Assembly: GCA_029260935.1 (NCBI GenBank) | Contig: JAJDCJ010000012.1 | Coordinates: 33,315 to 97,314 of the forward strand | Length of the DNA: 64,000 nucleotides | Direction: 5' to 3' | Source: Patescibacteria group bacterium | GTDB lineage: Bacteria > Patescibacteriota > Minisyncoccia > Phycocordibacterales > Phycocordibacteraceae | Shown: one piece after another, positions 37,092-46,568 of the stretch | Layout of the letters: every line of letters begins with the position of its first letter | Numbering within the stretch: the stretch's first letter is position 1 | Notes under the pieces: model-generated | The model's database searches: none | What the model was told of the DNA's origin: nothing | What the model saw: only the letters and a program-made list of their open reading frames with translations | Program-made: the position numbers and the translations under genes

Positions 37092-38849
37092 TTAGTTTTG
37101 AGGCGCTACATCTATTCCTAGAGTGGTCACCTCTTCAAAGGGGATTGCGCCCTCAAGCATTTTAATAATAGCATCCTCCTTCATGGTCACCATTCCCTGT
37201 TCTCGAGCAACTTTAAATATAGAGTCTTCAACAGGGTTATTTAGAATTTCCCGCTCTAGCTCTTTTGAGGTAGGGAGTAGTTCAAAAACACCAATACGTC
37301 CACGTGTTCCGTTAGGACACTCAGGTGTCGGCTCAATACTATATACTTCTTTCGGAAGAACAATATCTTTTCGCACAACCTGAGGCAACTCTGCGAACTC
37401 TTTATGCACCATTGCCTCTACACTTCCTTCAAAGGGAATCTTTTTTCCAGCGTCAGGACAGCGTTTCCTTACAAGACGCTGTGCCACAGACAAAATAAGT
37501 GTTGGTGCAATCAGGTATGGGTCAACACCCATATCAACAAGACGTGGTACCACGCCAATGGCGTTGTTGGTGTGTAGTGTTGAAAGAACCAAGTGGCCAG
37601 TAAGCGCTGCCTGAATGGCAAGTTGTGCTGTTTCCTTATCGCGAATTTCTCCCACCATAATAATGTCTGGATCCTGACGCAAAATTGAACGGAGACCACT
37701 TGCAAACGTATAGCCAATTTCCGGACGAACCTGAGACTGTGCAACTCCAGGAATGTCATACTCAACTGGATCCTCAAGTGACACGACGTTGACCGAGTCA
37801 CGGTCAAGTTCCTGCAACATGCCGTACAGTGTTGTTGACTTACCACTTCCTGTAGGTCCTGAAATAACCACCAAACCAAATGGGCGTTTTATTGCACGTA
37901 GGATTGTTTCCATATTCCTTTGCGATAACCCTAAACTTTCCAATGTTAGTTTTTCTTGCTCGCGGTCCAAAATACGCATCACTACTTTCTCACCATGCGA
38001 CGTTGGGAATGAAGATACACGAAAATCAATCCGTTTATTATCAATAGTTGCAGAGAATCTGCCGTCTTGTGGTTTTCTCTTTTCATCAAGTTTAAGGGAT
38101 GCGAGCACTTTAATACGCGCTACAACCGCACGCTCAACATTTTTAGGAAGCACGAGTGACTGATGCATAATACCGTCAACACGGAACCTGACCTTGAGTT
38201 CAGTGCGTGTTGGCTCCACATGGATGTCGGATGCTTTGCCGTCAACTGCATAACGCAACATTGTCGCTACAATTTTTGTTACTGGTGCATCTTCTTTAAT
38301 AGGTCCGGGAGCACCACCGGGAATACTTTTTTCAACGGCGTCCACTGCTCCGGCACTGTCCTCTGGTATGTCGTCTGTACTAATGGTTGTCTGCAGTTCA
38401 GTCAATGCCTTCCCCACCTCACCTGAGAGACCTTTGTATGTTGCGATAACTTCGTTAAAATCTTCATCTGAAATAAGAAACAACTTATACGGAATGTTAG
38501 TTCGCGCGGTTATGAAATTAAGCGCCTCAACGGCCTCTAGGTTGTCCGGGTCCGTTGTCCCCACCTCAAGTACGCCATCAATAATACTGATCGGCACAAA
38601 ATGGTAGTGACGCGCAGACTCTTCAGGAATATATTTTAAAACCTCATACGCTACCTTTTGCCCTTCAAGGCTTTTAGTAGGTGTTTGAAAGTACTCACCC
38701 CTTGCATTTAAAATATCTTCAGATGAAACACCGCGGTCAAGAAGTGCCTGCTCAAGTGTGACAGAACCGCCACTGGTGTGCTCTTTAATTGAAGCAACGG
38801 CGCTCTCGTCAATGAGGTTTTTGTCTTTTAATAAACTAAGTACGTCCAT
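37092..38849 (-). CDS. pilB: type IV pilus assembly ATPase PilB (GspE family)
   Basis: GPTGSGKSTT Walker A with an N-terminal GSPII domain, 585 aa. Confidence 0.85.
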   Translation of the reverse strand: MDVLSLLKDKNLIDESAVASIKEHTSGGSVTLEQALLDRGVSSEDILNARGEYFQTPTKSLEGQKVAYEVLKYIPEESARHYHFVPISIIDGVLEVGTTDPDNLEAVEALNFITARTNIPYKLFLISDEDFNEVIATYKGLSGEVGKALTELQTTISTDDIPEDSAGAVDAVEKSIPGGAPGPIKEDAPVTKIVATMLRYAVDGKASDIHVEPTRTELKVRFRVDGIMHQSLVLPKNVERAVVARIKVLASLKLDEKRKPQDGRFSATIDNKRIDFRVSSFPTSHGEKVVMRILDREQEKLTLESLGLSQRNMETILRAIKRPFGLVVISGPTGSGKSTTLYGMLQELDRDSVNVVSLEDPVEYDIPGVAQSQVRPEIGYTFASGLRSILRQDPDIIMVGEIRDKETAQLAIQAALTGHLVLSTLHTNNAIGVVPRLVDMGVDPYLIAPTLILSVAQRLVRKRCPDAGKKIPFEGSVEAMVHKEFAELPQVVRKDIVLPKEVYSIEPTPECPNGTRGRIGVFELLPTSKELEREILNNPVEDSIFKVAREQGMVTMKEDAIIKMLEGAIPFEEVTTLGIDVAPQN

Positions 38850-38885
38850 GGTTTTTATGAGCTGTTGGCTCAGTTTTGAGTATTC

Positions 38886-39206
38886 CTACTGGCCAATAGG
38901 TGCAAAGGGGTTTTCTCGTCCTACTGGTTCTGCAACAATTTGCTGACTGAAGTCCTCTAAGCTTCTGAAACGCGCGTCGTCAAACACATCAGTATCAAGA
39001 GTTATTGAGCGAAGCTCAAGAAGAAGCCCAATTAATTCCTGCTCTACTGCCGACTGACCTGCACGTACCGTTCTTTCTACAGTGAGTGGATTTGAACGGT
39101 CAGGAGTGAAGAAAATTCCATATACTACAAACGCTACAAGTACCACTGCGACAACTATAAGACTATTTTTATATCGTTTAATAATGTTTATCATGGTTTT
39201 AGCCAA
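38886..39206 (-). CDS. pilus-cluster-associated small membrane protein (PilP-like position)
   Basis: Single TM helix; located between pilO and pilB. Confidence 0.35.
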   Translation of the reverse strand: MAKTMINIIKRYKNSLIVVAVVLVAFVVYGIFFTPDRSNPLTVERTVRAGQSAVEQELIGLLLELRSITLDTDVFDDARFRSLEDFSQQIVAEPVGRENPFAPIGQ

Positions 39207-39736
39207 TACGTTTTAAGGGCAATTGAGTAATCGTAAATACCGCTTTGGTTTGAAGTGAATGAAACTGACATAACGTCAACGAGACGCAGACTTCGCTCCA
39301 GGTCAGTAAGAAATGAAAGGAACGAAGCATACGAACCACTAACACTAAAAGAAACAATAAGTGAGTCGTATTTATTTTCATCCGATATTCCAACTTGACC
39401 ACGTTGAGTGCGCGACTCATCTTTTAGAAGCGCTACATTTCTGATACGCATTCCATACCGTGAGGCAGTAGAGTCAAGGTCTAAAATAAGACGGACGTTA
39501 TCTACATTGTCTGGTATTAACTTTTCTAACCGGTCAACATCACCCTGTGGAAATGTGTTGTACTTGCTCAACAGCTGGTCACGCACCTGCTGTAATTCTT
39601 TTGAACGGTTAAGTGCTTCATCAAATTTTGCTTGTTCTGCACGCAGTTCTTTTACTTGTGCGAGCGTTGGGTCAATAAAGCCAAGGAAGATACCGCCGGC
39701 AATGAGAATAAAAAGGATAGGGAGTAGAATTCTCAT
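39191..39736 (-). CDS. PilO-like protein
   Basis: N-terminal TM helix plus coiled-coil, in the pilMNO gene order. Confidence 0.55.
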   Translation of the reverse strand: MRILLPILFILIAGGIFLGFIDPTLAQVKELRAEQAKFDEALNRSKELQQVRDQLLSKYNTFPQGDVDRLEKLIPDNVDNVRLILDLDSTASRYGMRIRNVALLKDESRTQRGQVGISDENKYDSLIVSFSVSGSYASFLSFLTDLERSLRLVDVMSVSFTSNQSGIYDYSIALKTYWLKP

Positions 39737-40353
39737 AGATCCACTTCATTGGTGACTTCACTCTGCACACCAGCGTTGGTGCGATAGCGAATACTATTTT
39801 CAGTAACTATCCCCGTAAAACTGAATACTACATTTCCAGATTCATTAATATTTAAATTATCAAAAATTGGTTCGCTGAAAAAGTCGCTGTCGCCAAATGC
39901 GTCTGACTGAAGCGCGAGTGCATTAAAGCTGAGTGCCTCGCCACTCATTGCAACCACAAGAACCCCTGGTGCTGACTCTGAAATAGAGAAGTTTTCAAAC
40001 CTCACAGAGTCAAGAGTTATTTTTTCTATTTCCGAGAAGAGTTGCGACTGGGAAACATGAATACCGAGAAGCGACTCAGCTGCAACAAGGCGCGTGTTAA
40101 GACGAGATAATTCCTTGATGGTTGCCGGTTCAAATGCAGCACGTGCACGGTCAAGCGAGACACGTTTTCTCTCAATGTTTTGGATAGTAAATTTTTCAAA
40201 CAAAAAGAGACCTCCTGCACCAACTATTGCCAATAGCAAAATGAGGCTTGCAATGACATTTACAATACCAATAGATCCTTTTGATACGGCTGTATGACGC
40301 TCAACTTTAAGCGACTGCTTAGGTATAAATGATGTTTTTACTCTGTCCGGCAT
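39733..40353 (-). CDS. PilN-like protein
   Basis: TM anchor plus periplasmic domain; follows pilM. Confidence 0.55.
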   Translation of the reverse strand: MPDRVKTSFIPKQSLKVERHTAVSKGSIGIVNVIASLILLLAIVGAGGLFLFEKFTIQNIERKRVSLDRARAAFEPATIKELSRLNTRLVAAESLLGIHVSQSQLFSEIEKITLDSVRFENFSISESAPGVLVVAMSGEALSFNALALQSDAFGDSDFFSEPIFDNLNINESGNVVFSFTGIVTENSIRYRTNAGVQSEVTNEVDL

Positions 40354-40454
40354 GTGTATAAAAAGTGTACCTTACCCGAAGCGTTTGTATAGTGCTTTTG
40401 CAAGACCGCTGTGTATTTTGCAAAAAATACACACAACACACTCATTCTGCATTT

Positions 40455-41561
40455 TTATTTGAGCGCACGGAGTGCCAAACCAATTGCCGTTGAAAAAGAA
40501 GGACCAGCCGATTGCAATACGTCGTCAATAAACGCAGGTGTGTGCACTCGCCCAAACGCAGAACTGAATATAATTGGCGCGTCAAAATATTGACCTGCAA
40601 TATTTTCTAGCCCCGTAAGCTGTGCCCCACCACCGACAAGCACTACTTTTGAAATAATCTTTCCTTCTTGTCTTTGGTAGGTGAGGAAAATACGCCGTGC
40701 CTCGGAAAAAATATAATCAAGCGCTGATTTTCCTACCTCGGTATTTTCTAGTCCCTCTGTTCGTTTTAGTTTCTCGGCTTCGGTAAACGTAAGCCCCTGT
40801 GAGCGAGAAATAGCATGGGTGATTTCTTGCCCTCCACGGTTTATGGTGTGCGACACATCAATGATTCCGAATTCAATAACATACACACGGGTACCTGAGG
40901 CACCTAAATCAATCACCATGACTGGCGCCGTGTCATGTTCATAGGCGGCACGGCTCATACTGAATGGTTCAATTTCATAGAAACGTGGAGTTACCGATGC
41001 GGTATTTACTATCGTATTCAATCTATTCAGCGTGGCATTATGGATTGCAACAAGAAGAACATCAGTTGAGTTTGGTTTTTTTGTTCTGCCGGCGGCACTG
41101 AGAAATTCTGATTCCGATTCAGGAATGACAAACCAATCCAGAGTGACTTCTCCAACAGGAACAGGAATATATTTTCGTGCCTCAATAGGTATCATGGCAG
41201 CTAAGTCGTTTTCATCTTTTGTGGGGAGTGTGATCAAATTGATAAGACTTGCCGAGAGTGACACTGCAATTCCCCCAACACGGCTCGTCACGTTTGCCTC
41301 GCGCATCAGGTCGCCGAGCGCTTCGGCAACTTTTTCAGGAGGTGGGTTTACTGCCTGCCCCACCTCAGCATCGCCATAAGGACCCAGGGCAATTTCCCCA
41401 TACGTTTCCAAAACTGCGGCACCTTTTTTTTCAGCAAGTTGTACGATTTTTATTGACGACGTACCGATATCAATGCCCACCACGCTTTCACCGTCCCTTT
41501 TTTGAAAAGAGTCAATAAGAGTACTGAACGTTTTTGAAAAATCCTTCAGGGAAAATGCCAT
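40455..41561 (-). CDS. pilM: PilM (actin-like ATPase fold)
   Basis: VVGIDIGTSSIKIV phosphate-1 motif and VLVGGGAQL adenosine motif. Confidence 0.75.
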   Translation of the reverse strand: MAFSLKDFSKTFSTLIDSFQKRDGESVVGIDIGTSSIKIVQLAEKKGAAVLETYGEIALGPYGDAEVGQAVNPPPEKVAEALGDLMREANVTSRVGGIAVSLSASLINLITLPTKDENDLAAMIPIEARKYIPVPVGEVTLDWFVIPESESEFLSAAGRTKKPNSTDVLLVAIHNATLNRLNTIVNTASVTPRFYEIEPFSMSRAAYEHDTAPVMVIDLGASGTRVYVIEFGIIDVSHTINRGGQEITHAISRSQGLTFTEAEKLKRTEGLENTEVGKSALDYIFSEARRIFLTYQRQEGKIISKVVLVGGGAQLTGLENIAGQYFDAPIIFSSAFGRVHTPAFIDDVLQSAGPSFSTAIGLALRALK

Positions 41562-41589
41562 ATTCGTACTAGAATAATAGCAGAGTATT

Positions 41590-42234
41590 ATGGCACACGA
41601 CCTTTTTAAGAGAATACTGGATATACTGTTTCCTCCTCACCCGGATAGCCAAAGTGTGGCGACACTTTCCTTGGAAGAGCTTTTTTCTGTAGTATCTCTC
41701 AACTATAGGACCCCGTTCAAGACCTATACCGTGCTTCCTTATAAAGATATACGTGTCCGCGCGCTTATGCGCGCCAATAAATACCATCACGACACCTATG
41801 CGGCGTCGCTTTTAGGAGCGGTGCTTGCCGAAGCACTTATTGATATTTCAGAAGAGTACGCGCTTGATTCCGGATGGAAACACCCTCTTTTGGTACCCAC
41901 ACCAACCAGCCCGAGCCGTGTGCGAGAACGTGGCTACCATCAGGTAAAGCAGATTATAGAGCGCCTTCCCTCTCACCTGTACAGCGCATATACGTATGCC
42001 GATGTATTGGCGCGTAAAAATAGAGAAAGCCAGGCGCGCATTGGGAACAATGACCGCATACAAAACATCGCTGGTGCGTTTTACGTACCGGAAAAACACC
42101 AAAAAGACGTTCTTGGAAAAAGGATTCTGCTCGTTGACGACGTTATTGAAAGTGGCGCTACCATGGGCGATATGCACCGTGCACTCTATGAAGCTGGCGC
42201 CGAATCAGTAATCGGAATAGCCCTGGCAACGTAG
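41590..42234 (+). CDS. comF: ComF-family phosphoribosyltransferase-domain protein
   Basis: PRTase motif ILLVDDVIESGATM. Confidence 0.7.
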   Translation: MAHDLFKRILDILFPPHPDSQSVATLSLEELFSVVSLNYRTPFKTYTVLPYKDIRVRALMRANKYHHDTYAASLLGAVLAEALIDISEEYALDSGWKHPLLVPTPTSPSRVRERGYHQVKQIIERLPSHLYSAYTYADVLARKNRESQARIGNNDRIQNIAGAFYVPEKHQKDVLGKRILLVDDVIESGATMGDMHRALYEAGAESVIGIALAT

Positions 42235-42236
42235 TG

Positions 42237-42545
42237 TTATTCCTTGATGCGCGTAACTTTAGAAATCGCATCCACGGGAATTCTTTGTTCGGTATTAAGA
42301 TTTACATAAGTTCTCCAACTGCACCCTTCGCACTCCGTCTGACGATAGACACTGACGATTTTTCCTTTAAATATTTGTTTCGGAATCGTGTCGGTTGGAC
42401 TATCAGGAAGTACTATACGTACCTTTTCATGGATTTTGTACGTTGAGAAGCCCTTTTTAAAGGAATCCAATTGAATAGTTTTAGGATATGTTTCTTGAGA
42501 ACCTGCATCTCCCTCAAACTTTTGTGAAATATCTTCTCCAGCCAT
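42237..42545 (-). CDS. hypothetical protein
   Basis: 102-aa ORF; no recognisable motifs. Confidence 0.35.
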   Translation of the reverse strand: MAGEDISQKFEGDAGSQETYPKTIQLDSFKKGFSTYKIHEKVRIVLPDSPTDTIPKQIFKGKIVSVYRQTECEGCSWRTYVNLNTEQRIPVDAISKVTRIKE

Positions 42546-42630
42546 AATATTTTTGATTAGTTATTACCTGGTTTCAAAGTAGTCTTTCTATTTTGGTCTG
42601 TCAACCGTTTCAGGTAAAAGTGAAAATTGG

Positions 42631-42700
42631 CGGGCTACCTCGGGCTGGAACTGTGGTCGGCTAAGCCCAGTAAGGTTATTTTTAACTATTTCAGTTTATC
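42631..42700. repeat. conserved 3' flank of cassette locus B (homologous to 13771-13838)
   Basis: See the 13771-13838 entry. Confidence 0.8.
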
Positions 42701-42728
42701 AACATTAAGGTCCTCAAGCTCTTTTGTA

Positions 42729-43349
42729 TTATTTGTCTAAATTTGAAAGTTTTTTTAACTTAATACCAGCACTTGACGTTGTGATTTTTTCAATCTTTTG
42801 TAAAAGGATCTTAATTCTATCGACAGTAACCTTTGGAGAGTAGGGGGTATTATACAGATCCATACCATTTCCATACTCAGTTAACCTATCTTTTACATAC
42901 TTATTAGGGTCGGCATTCTCAAACGAACCAGTCACAAATTTTGCTATTGTTTGTACTGTAGTTCTTGCTCGCTCTTCTGTTGTGATCCAAAAATAATTAG
43001 CATTTCTTCTCGCAAAATTCTCTATTAATTCTCCATGATCATAAAAAGAGTTGATGAGCTTTAGTTCATCTTGATCAAAATCGCTTATAAATAAATGTGC
43101 GTATTTTTTCCAATTACCTGACTTAATAACTGATGTTGGTAAGTCGCTCAGATTTCCACTAGAAATTTTGTCGTCGATAATCGCAATTTGTTCTTCAGCG
43201 GTCCTAATTTCTGTGAGCAGAACTCTTGCCGCTTGTATTTTGTTACTCTTCTTTTGCGAGAAATAAGTAAGAATAGCAACACTCCCTGTCAAAATGGTGG
43301 CGAATCCAGCAAATCCATTTGAATTAAGAATTGAAATTAAAATTTCCAT
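42729..43349 (-). CDS. cargo gene of cassette locus B: membrane-anchored protein of unknown function
   Basis: N-terminal TM helix GFAGFATILTGSVAILTYF followed by a 180-aa soluble domain. Its ATG is preceded by TTGCGATAGTATAAAAAT, the same element found upstream of the locus A operon. Confidence 0.55.
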   Translation of the reverse strand: MEILISILNSNGFAGFATILTGSVAILTYFSQKKSNKIQAARVLLTEIRTAEEQIAIIDDKISSGNLSDLPTSVIKSGNWKKYAHLFISDFDQDELKLINSFYDHGELIENFARRNANYFWITTEERARTTVQTIAKFVTGSFENADPNKYVKDRLTEYGNGMDLYNTPYSPKVTVDRIKILLQKIEKITTSSAGIKLKKLSNLDK

Positions 43350-43447
43350 ATTTTTATACTATCGCAATTAATAAATTTGTATAGCGAACTGCCTACAAAC
43401 TGCCTCGAGCGCACGAGGAATATAGCTTCTTCGTGCTAGCTCTAAAC
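43350..43447 (-). promoter_or_regulatory. conserved 5' flank/promoter of cassette locus B
   Basis: Homologous to 15680-15780; the overlapping ORF 43368-43622 is probably spurious. Confidence 0.65.
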
Positions 43448-43468
43448 GGCGGAGACGCAGGGATTCGG
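43448..43468. repeat. partial copy of the tRNA-Ser 3' end (GCGGAGACGCAGGGATTCGG)
   Basis: Matches 43641-43661, the tRNA T-arm and acceptor, at 20 of 21 positions. Confidence 0.75.
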
Positions 43469-43639
43469 TCACCTTTACTAAGTATTTTACTCCTCTCGTT
43501 CGTAAAACACTAAGTGACGCGACCCCGTCGGCTACTACTGCGTATTCTCGCAGGCTTCGCAGTAGCCTCTTTTCGAATCCCTCATCGTCCGTAGAATGTA
43601 CAAGCCAAAATGCTATTCGCATCAGGGCTTACCATTTTA

Positions 43640-43728
43640 TGCGGAGACGGAGGGATTCGAACCCTCGAGGGGTATTACCCCCTGGCACATTAGCAGCGTG
43701 CTGGTTTCAACCACTCACCCACGTCTCC
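43640..43728 (-). tRNA. tRNA-Ser(GCU), class II with long variable arm
   Basis: Acceptor GGAGACG/CGUCUCC, D-arm GGU/ACC with loop GAGUGGUUGAA, anticodon loop CUGCUAA, variable arm CAGGGGGUAAUACCCCUCG, T-loop UUCGAAU. Confidence 0.8.
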
Positions 43729-43772
43729 AATCAGTTCACTAGTTTTACATCGTTACGGATGAGAGACGAAGG

Positions 43773-43791
43773 ACCACTCACCCACGTCTCC
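43773..43791. repeat. partial copy of the tRNA-Ser 5' end (CCACTCACCCACGTCTCC)
   Basis: Duplicates 43711-43728, about 45 nt beyond the tRNA 5' end. Confidence 0.75.
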
Positions 43792-43895
43792 TCAACAAGT
43801 AGTATAGTGCCTTATTGTGTGTATCTTTTCAAATTCTTTGAGAAAAAGGTATCTAACACCATTTAATCCCTAAATATTAAGATATACAAGGACCT

Positions 43896-44075
43896 TTATT
43901 TCTCCCAGTCCTCAATAATCAGTTTCTTCCCTGACTTCCGTATGACAAGTTTCTGATGTTCTTGCCACCTCAGTGCCCGCACATACTCAATAGGGAGCGT
44001 AACGCCATAGCTGGTACCTCCTGCCATTTTGCTGAGTTTGCGAATGTTATGATCTTCAATTCTATTTCTAGACAT
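43896..44075 (-). CDS. unannotated 59-aa AbrB/MazE (swapped-hairpin) family DNA-binding protein
   Basis: Translation MSRNRIEDHNIRKLSKMAGGTSYGVTLPIEYVRALRWQEHQKLVIRKSGKKLIIEDWEK is not in the ORF track because it is under 60 aa. It matches the AbrB/MazE pattern (S.gvtiPke....lg...gd.l.i...g..i.i.p). Confidence 0.55.
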   Translation of the reverse strand: MSRNRIEDHNIRKLSKMAGGTSYGVTLPIEYVRALRWQEHQKLVIRKSGKKLIIEDWEK

Positions 44076-44085
44076 AACGGTATAG

Positions 44086-44196
44086 TAGCACAGTACCTAC
44101 GTATATAAATACGTATTTATATACGTAGGTGTTGTAAGAAACAAAAACCCTTTCACACACTAGTTGAAATATGGACACGGCGTGTCCATATTTCAA
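44086..44196. promoter_or_regulatory. divergent intergenic region with two perfect palindromes
   Basis: Palindrome 1 (44086-44119): CCTACGTATATAAATACG/CGTATTTATATACGTAGG. Palindrome 2 (44164-44196): TTGAAATATGGACACG/CGTGTCCATATTTCAA. Both lie between the AbrB-like gene and zwf. Confidence 0.7.
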
Positions 44197-44281
44197 CATA
44201 AGTGAACCGTGCGTGTGTATTGTGTGAATATAATCTTGTGTAGAATAAACGCCGTTCACTCGTCTGCTACTATGGAAAGAT

Positions 44282-45628
44282 ATGTCTTCTATTCCAAAAG
44301 CAAAAAACCCCACCACTTTTATTGTGTTCGGCGCAACGGGTGACCTTTTTTCGCGAAAAATTATCCCCTCGCTCTATTTTCTGTACTGTTCAAAAAAATT
44401 ACCTGATGTATTCCTTGTTGTTGGGTTTGCCCGAAAAAAACACTCAACTGAAAGTTACCGCGCTTTTGTTTTTGAAAACCTAAAGAACGTTGCACCAACC
44501 ATTTCTGAAAAAGAAGCTACGCCATTTTTAGAACTTTTTGAATATCAGCAAGGCGACTTTGATGACCAAGATACCTTTACTGCACTGGGTGACACACTTC
44601 GCGCGCGCGACGCAACCTGTGGATGCGAGACTATTAAAAGTTTTTACTTAGCAGTACCACCCGCGCTCGTACCCGCGCTCGTCTCATGCATTTCAAAAGC
44701 AATACCGAGAGACGAAAGCCCTCGCCGACTTATCGTTGAAAAACCGTTTGGCAGTGATGAGTCAAGCGCGCGCGAACTTAACGAGCATATACACGCGTAC
44801 TTTAAAGAGGAAGAAGTCTATCGCGTAGACCACTACCTCACCAAGCCTGCGCTTGATACGCTTCTGAATGCCCGCACACAGCACGATGTATATGAGGCAC
44901 TGATAGCGAAAGAAACCATACGAGGCATTGAAGTCACGTTGTTTGAAACACTCGGCGTTGAAAAACGTGGTGCCTTCTACGACAGTGTGGGCACCTTAAA
45001 GGACGTCGGGCAGAACCACCTTCTTGAAATGCTCGCGCTTGCCATTATGAATATACCGGAGCCAACGCCAGCACAAATCTGCCGTGCACGCGCTGAGTTT
45101 ATCGGCGCACTTCCACAACTGAGCCCTGCACACATTACAAAACACACTATTCGTGCGCAGTACGAAGGATACCGAGACATTAAAGGGGTTACACCAACCT
45201 CCCACACAGAAACATATTTCCGCGTGCCGTTTACCTTAACTACAGGAAAACATAAAGACGTTGCAGTGGTCATTCAGTCAGGAAAAAGAATGCATATGGT
45301 ACAGAAAGATATTGTTATTTACTTTAACTGCGACCACACCGACTCGCTCCATATTGAACTTGAGCCAAATCCACGCATCTATACCAAAAAAGGAGAGACT
45401 CTCACTGAAATTGCAAAATATGAAGACCCGGAGCCAACAATTCAGTATGCAAACGAATATGCCTCACTGTTTGCGCACGCATGGGACGGCAATCCAACGC
45501 ACTTCCCTACCGCAAAAGAAGTGGAGCACGCCTGGCGGTTTATTGATCCGGTTATTGCCACATGGAAAGGGGGCACCCCCGAGTTAAAAACATACACACC
45601 TGACGTGGTGGTACCATGGAGTATATGA
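44282..45628 (+). CDS. zwf: glucose-6-phosphate 1-dehydrogenase
   Basis: FIVFGATGDLFSRKIIPSLY NADP-binding motif; 448 aa. Confidence 0.8.
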   Translation: MSSIPKAKNPTTFIVFGATGDLFSRKIIPSLYFLYCSKKLPDVFLVVGFARKKHSTESYRAFVFENLKNVAPTISEKEATPFLELFEYQQGDFDDQDTFTALGDTLRARDATCGCETIKSFYLAVPPALVPALVSCISKAIPRDESPRRLIVEKPFGSDESSARELNEHIHAYFKEEEVYRVDHYLTKPALDTLLNARTQHDVYEALIAKETIRGIEVTLFETLGVEKRGAFYDSVGTLKDVGQNHLLEMLALAIMNIPEPTPAQICRARAEFIGALPQLSPAHITKHTIRAQYEGYRDIKGVTPTSHTETYFRVPFTLTTGKHKDVAVVIQSGKRMHMVQKDIVIYFNCDHTDSLHIELEPNPRIYTKKGETLTEIAKYEDPEPTIQYANEYASLFAHAWDGNPTHFPTAKEVEHAWRFIDPVIATWKGGTPELKTYTPDVVVPWSI

Positions 45629-46533
45629 ACAAAGAGATTGCAGTAATCGGATTAGGGAAAATGGGTATGGGTATTGCACTTTCCGCGCGCGAACACGGCT
45701 GGCGTGTCGTTGGGTACGATATTGGAGAGGAAGCACGCACGCAATTTGAAAAAGAAGGCGGTGAAGTAGCGTCTTCCATTGATGACCTGCTGAATACAGT
45801 CACGGCACCAAGAGTGGTGTGGGCTATGTTGCCGTCGGGTGACATTAGTGAAAATCTTTTTCTCACAGGCGAAGGTCTTTTTTCTAAACTTTCAGAAGGC
45901 GACACTATAATTGACGCGGCAAACGCATTTTATGAAGATACAACTCGTAGAAATACCATTGCTCAAGAAAAAGGTATCCATTTTATAGACGTAGGGTACT
46001 CAGGTGGTCCCAGTGGGGCGCGAAATGGTGGCAGTATTATGGTGGGCGGTGAAAAAGAGCATGTGAACGCTCTTGCCCCTCTTTTTGATGCGCTCTCAGC
46101 AAAAGATGCATGGATACACACAGGGCCCAGTGGCTCGGGACACTTTGTAAAAATGGTACACAACGGCATTGAGTACGGCATGATGCAATCGCTCGCCGAA
46201 GGTTTTGCTGTGTTGAAAAAAGCACCGTTTCCACTTGATTTAAAAAACGTCGCGCATGTGTATAACCACAGTAGCGTTATTGAGTCACGCCTTGTCGGCT
46301 GGCTTCAGAGTGGTATTGAAAAACACGGCGCTGAACTAGAGGAAATTTCAGGAACAGTGGCGCACACTGGTGAAGGAAAGTGGACGGTAGACACCGCAAA
46401 AAAACTACAAGTACCCACGCCGTCAATTGAGCTTGCCTACAATTTTCGCGTAGACTCAGAAAAGAACCCTTCCTACACTGGCAAGATACTTTCAATGCTT
46501 CGCAACCAGTTTGGCGGGCACAGCGCACAATAA
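45616..46533 (+). CDS. gnd: 6-phosphogluconate dehydrogenase, short (about 300 aa) decarboxylating form
   Basis: IAVIGLGKMGMGIAL Rossmann motif; translationally coupled to zwf. Confidence 0.8.
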   Translation: MEYMNKEIAVIGLGKMGMGIALSAREHGWRVVGYDIGEEARTQFEKEGGEVASSIDDLLNTVTAPRVVWAMLPSGDISENLFLTGEGLFSKLSEGDTIIDAANAFYEDTTRRNTIAQEKGIHFIDVGYSGGPSGARNGGSIMVGGEKEHVNALAPLFDALSAKDAWIHTGPSGSGHFVKMVHNGIEYGMMQSLAEGFAVLKKAPFPLDLKNVAHVYNHSSVIESRLVGWLQSGIEKHGAELEEISGTVAHTGEGKWTVDTAKKLQVPTPSIELAYNFRVDSEKNPSYTGKILSMLRNQFGGHSAQ

Positions 46534-46568
46534 CCACGCTTCCATTTTTCGGTATACTGAAGGGGTCT

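Noticed and set aside
43368-43622. 84-aa ORF between cassette locus B and tRNA-Ser
   Set aside because: It lies entirely over the conserved 5' flank and the tRNA-Ser 3'-end copy. It is more likely a chance ORF over non-coding repeat sequence.
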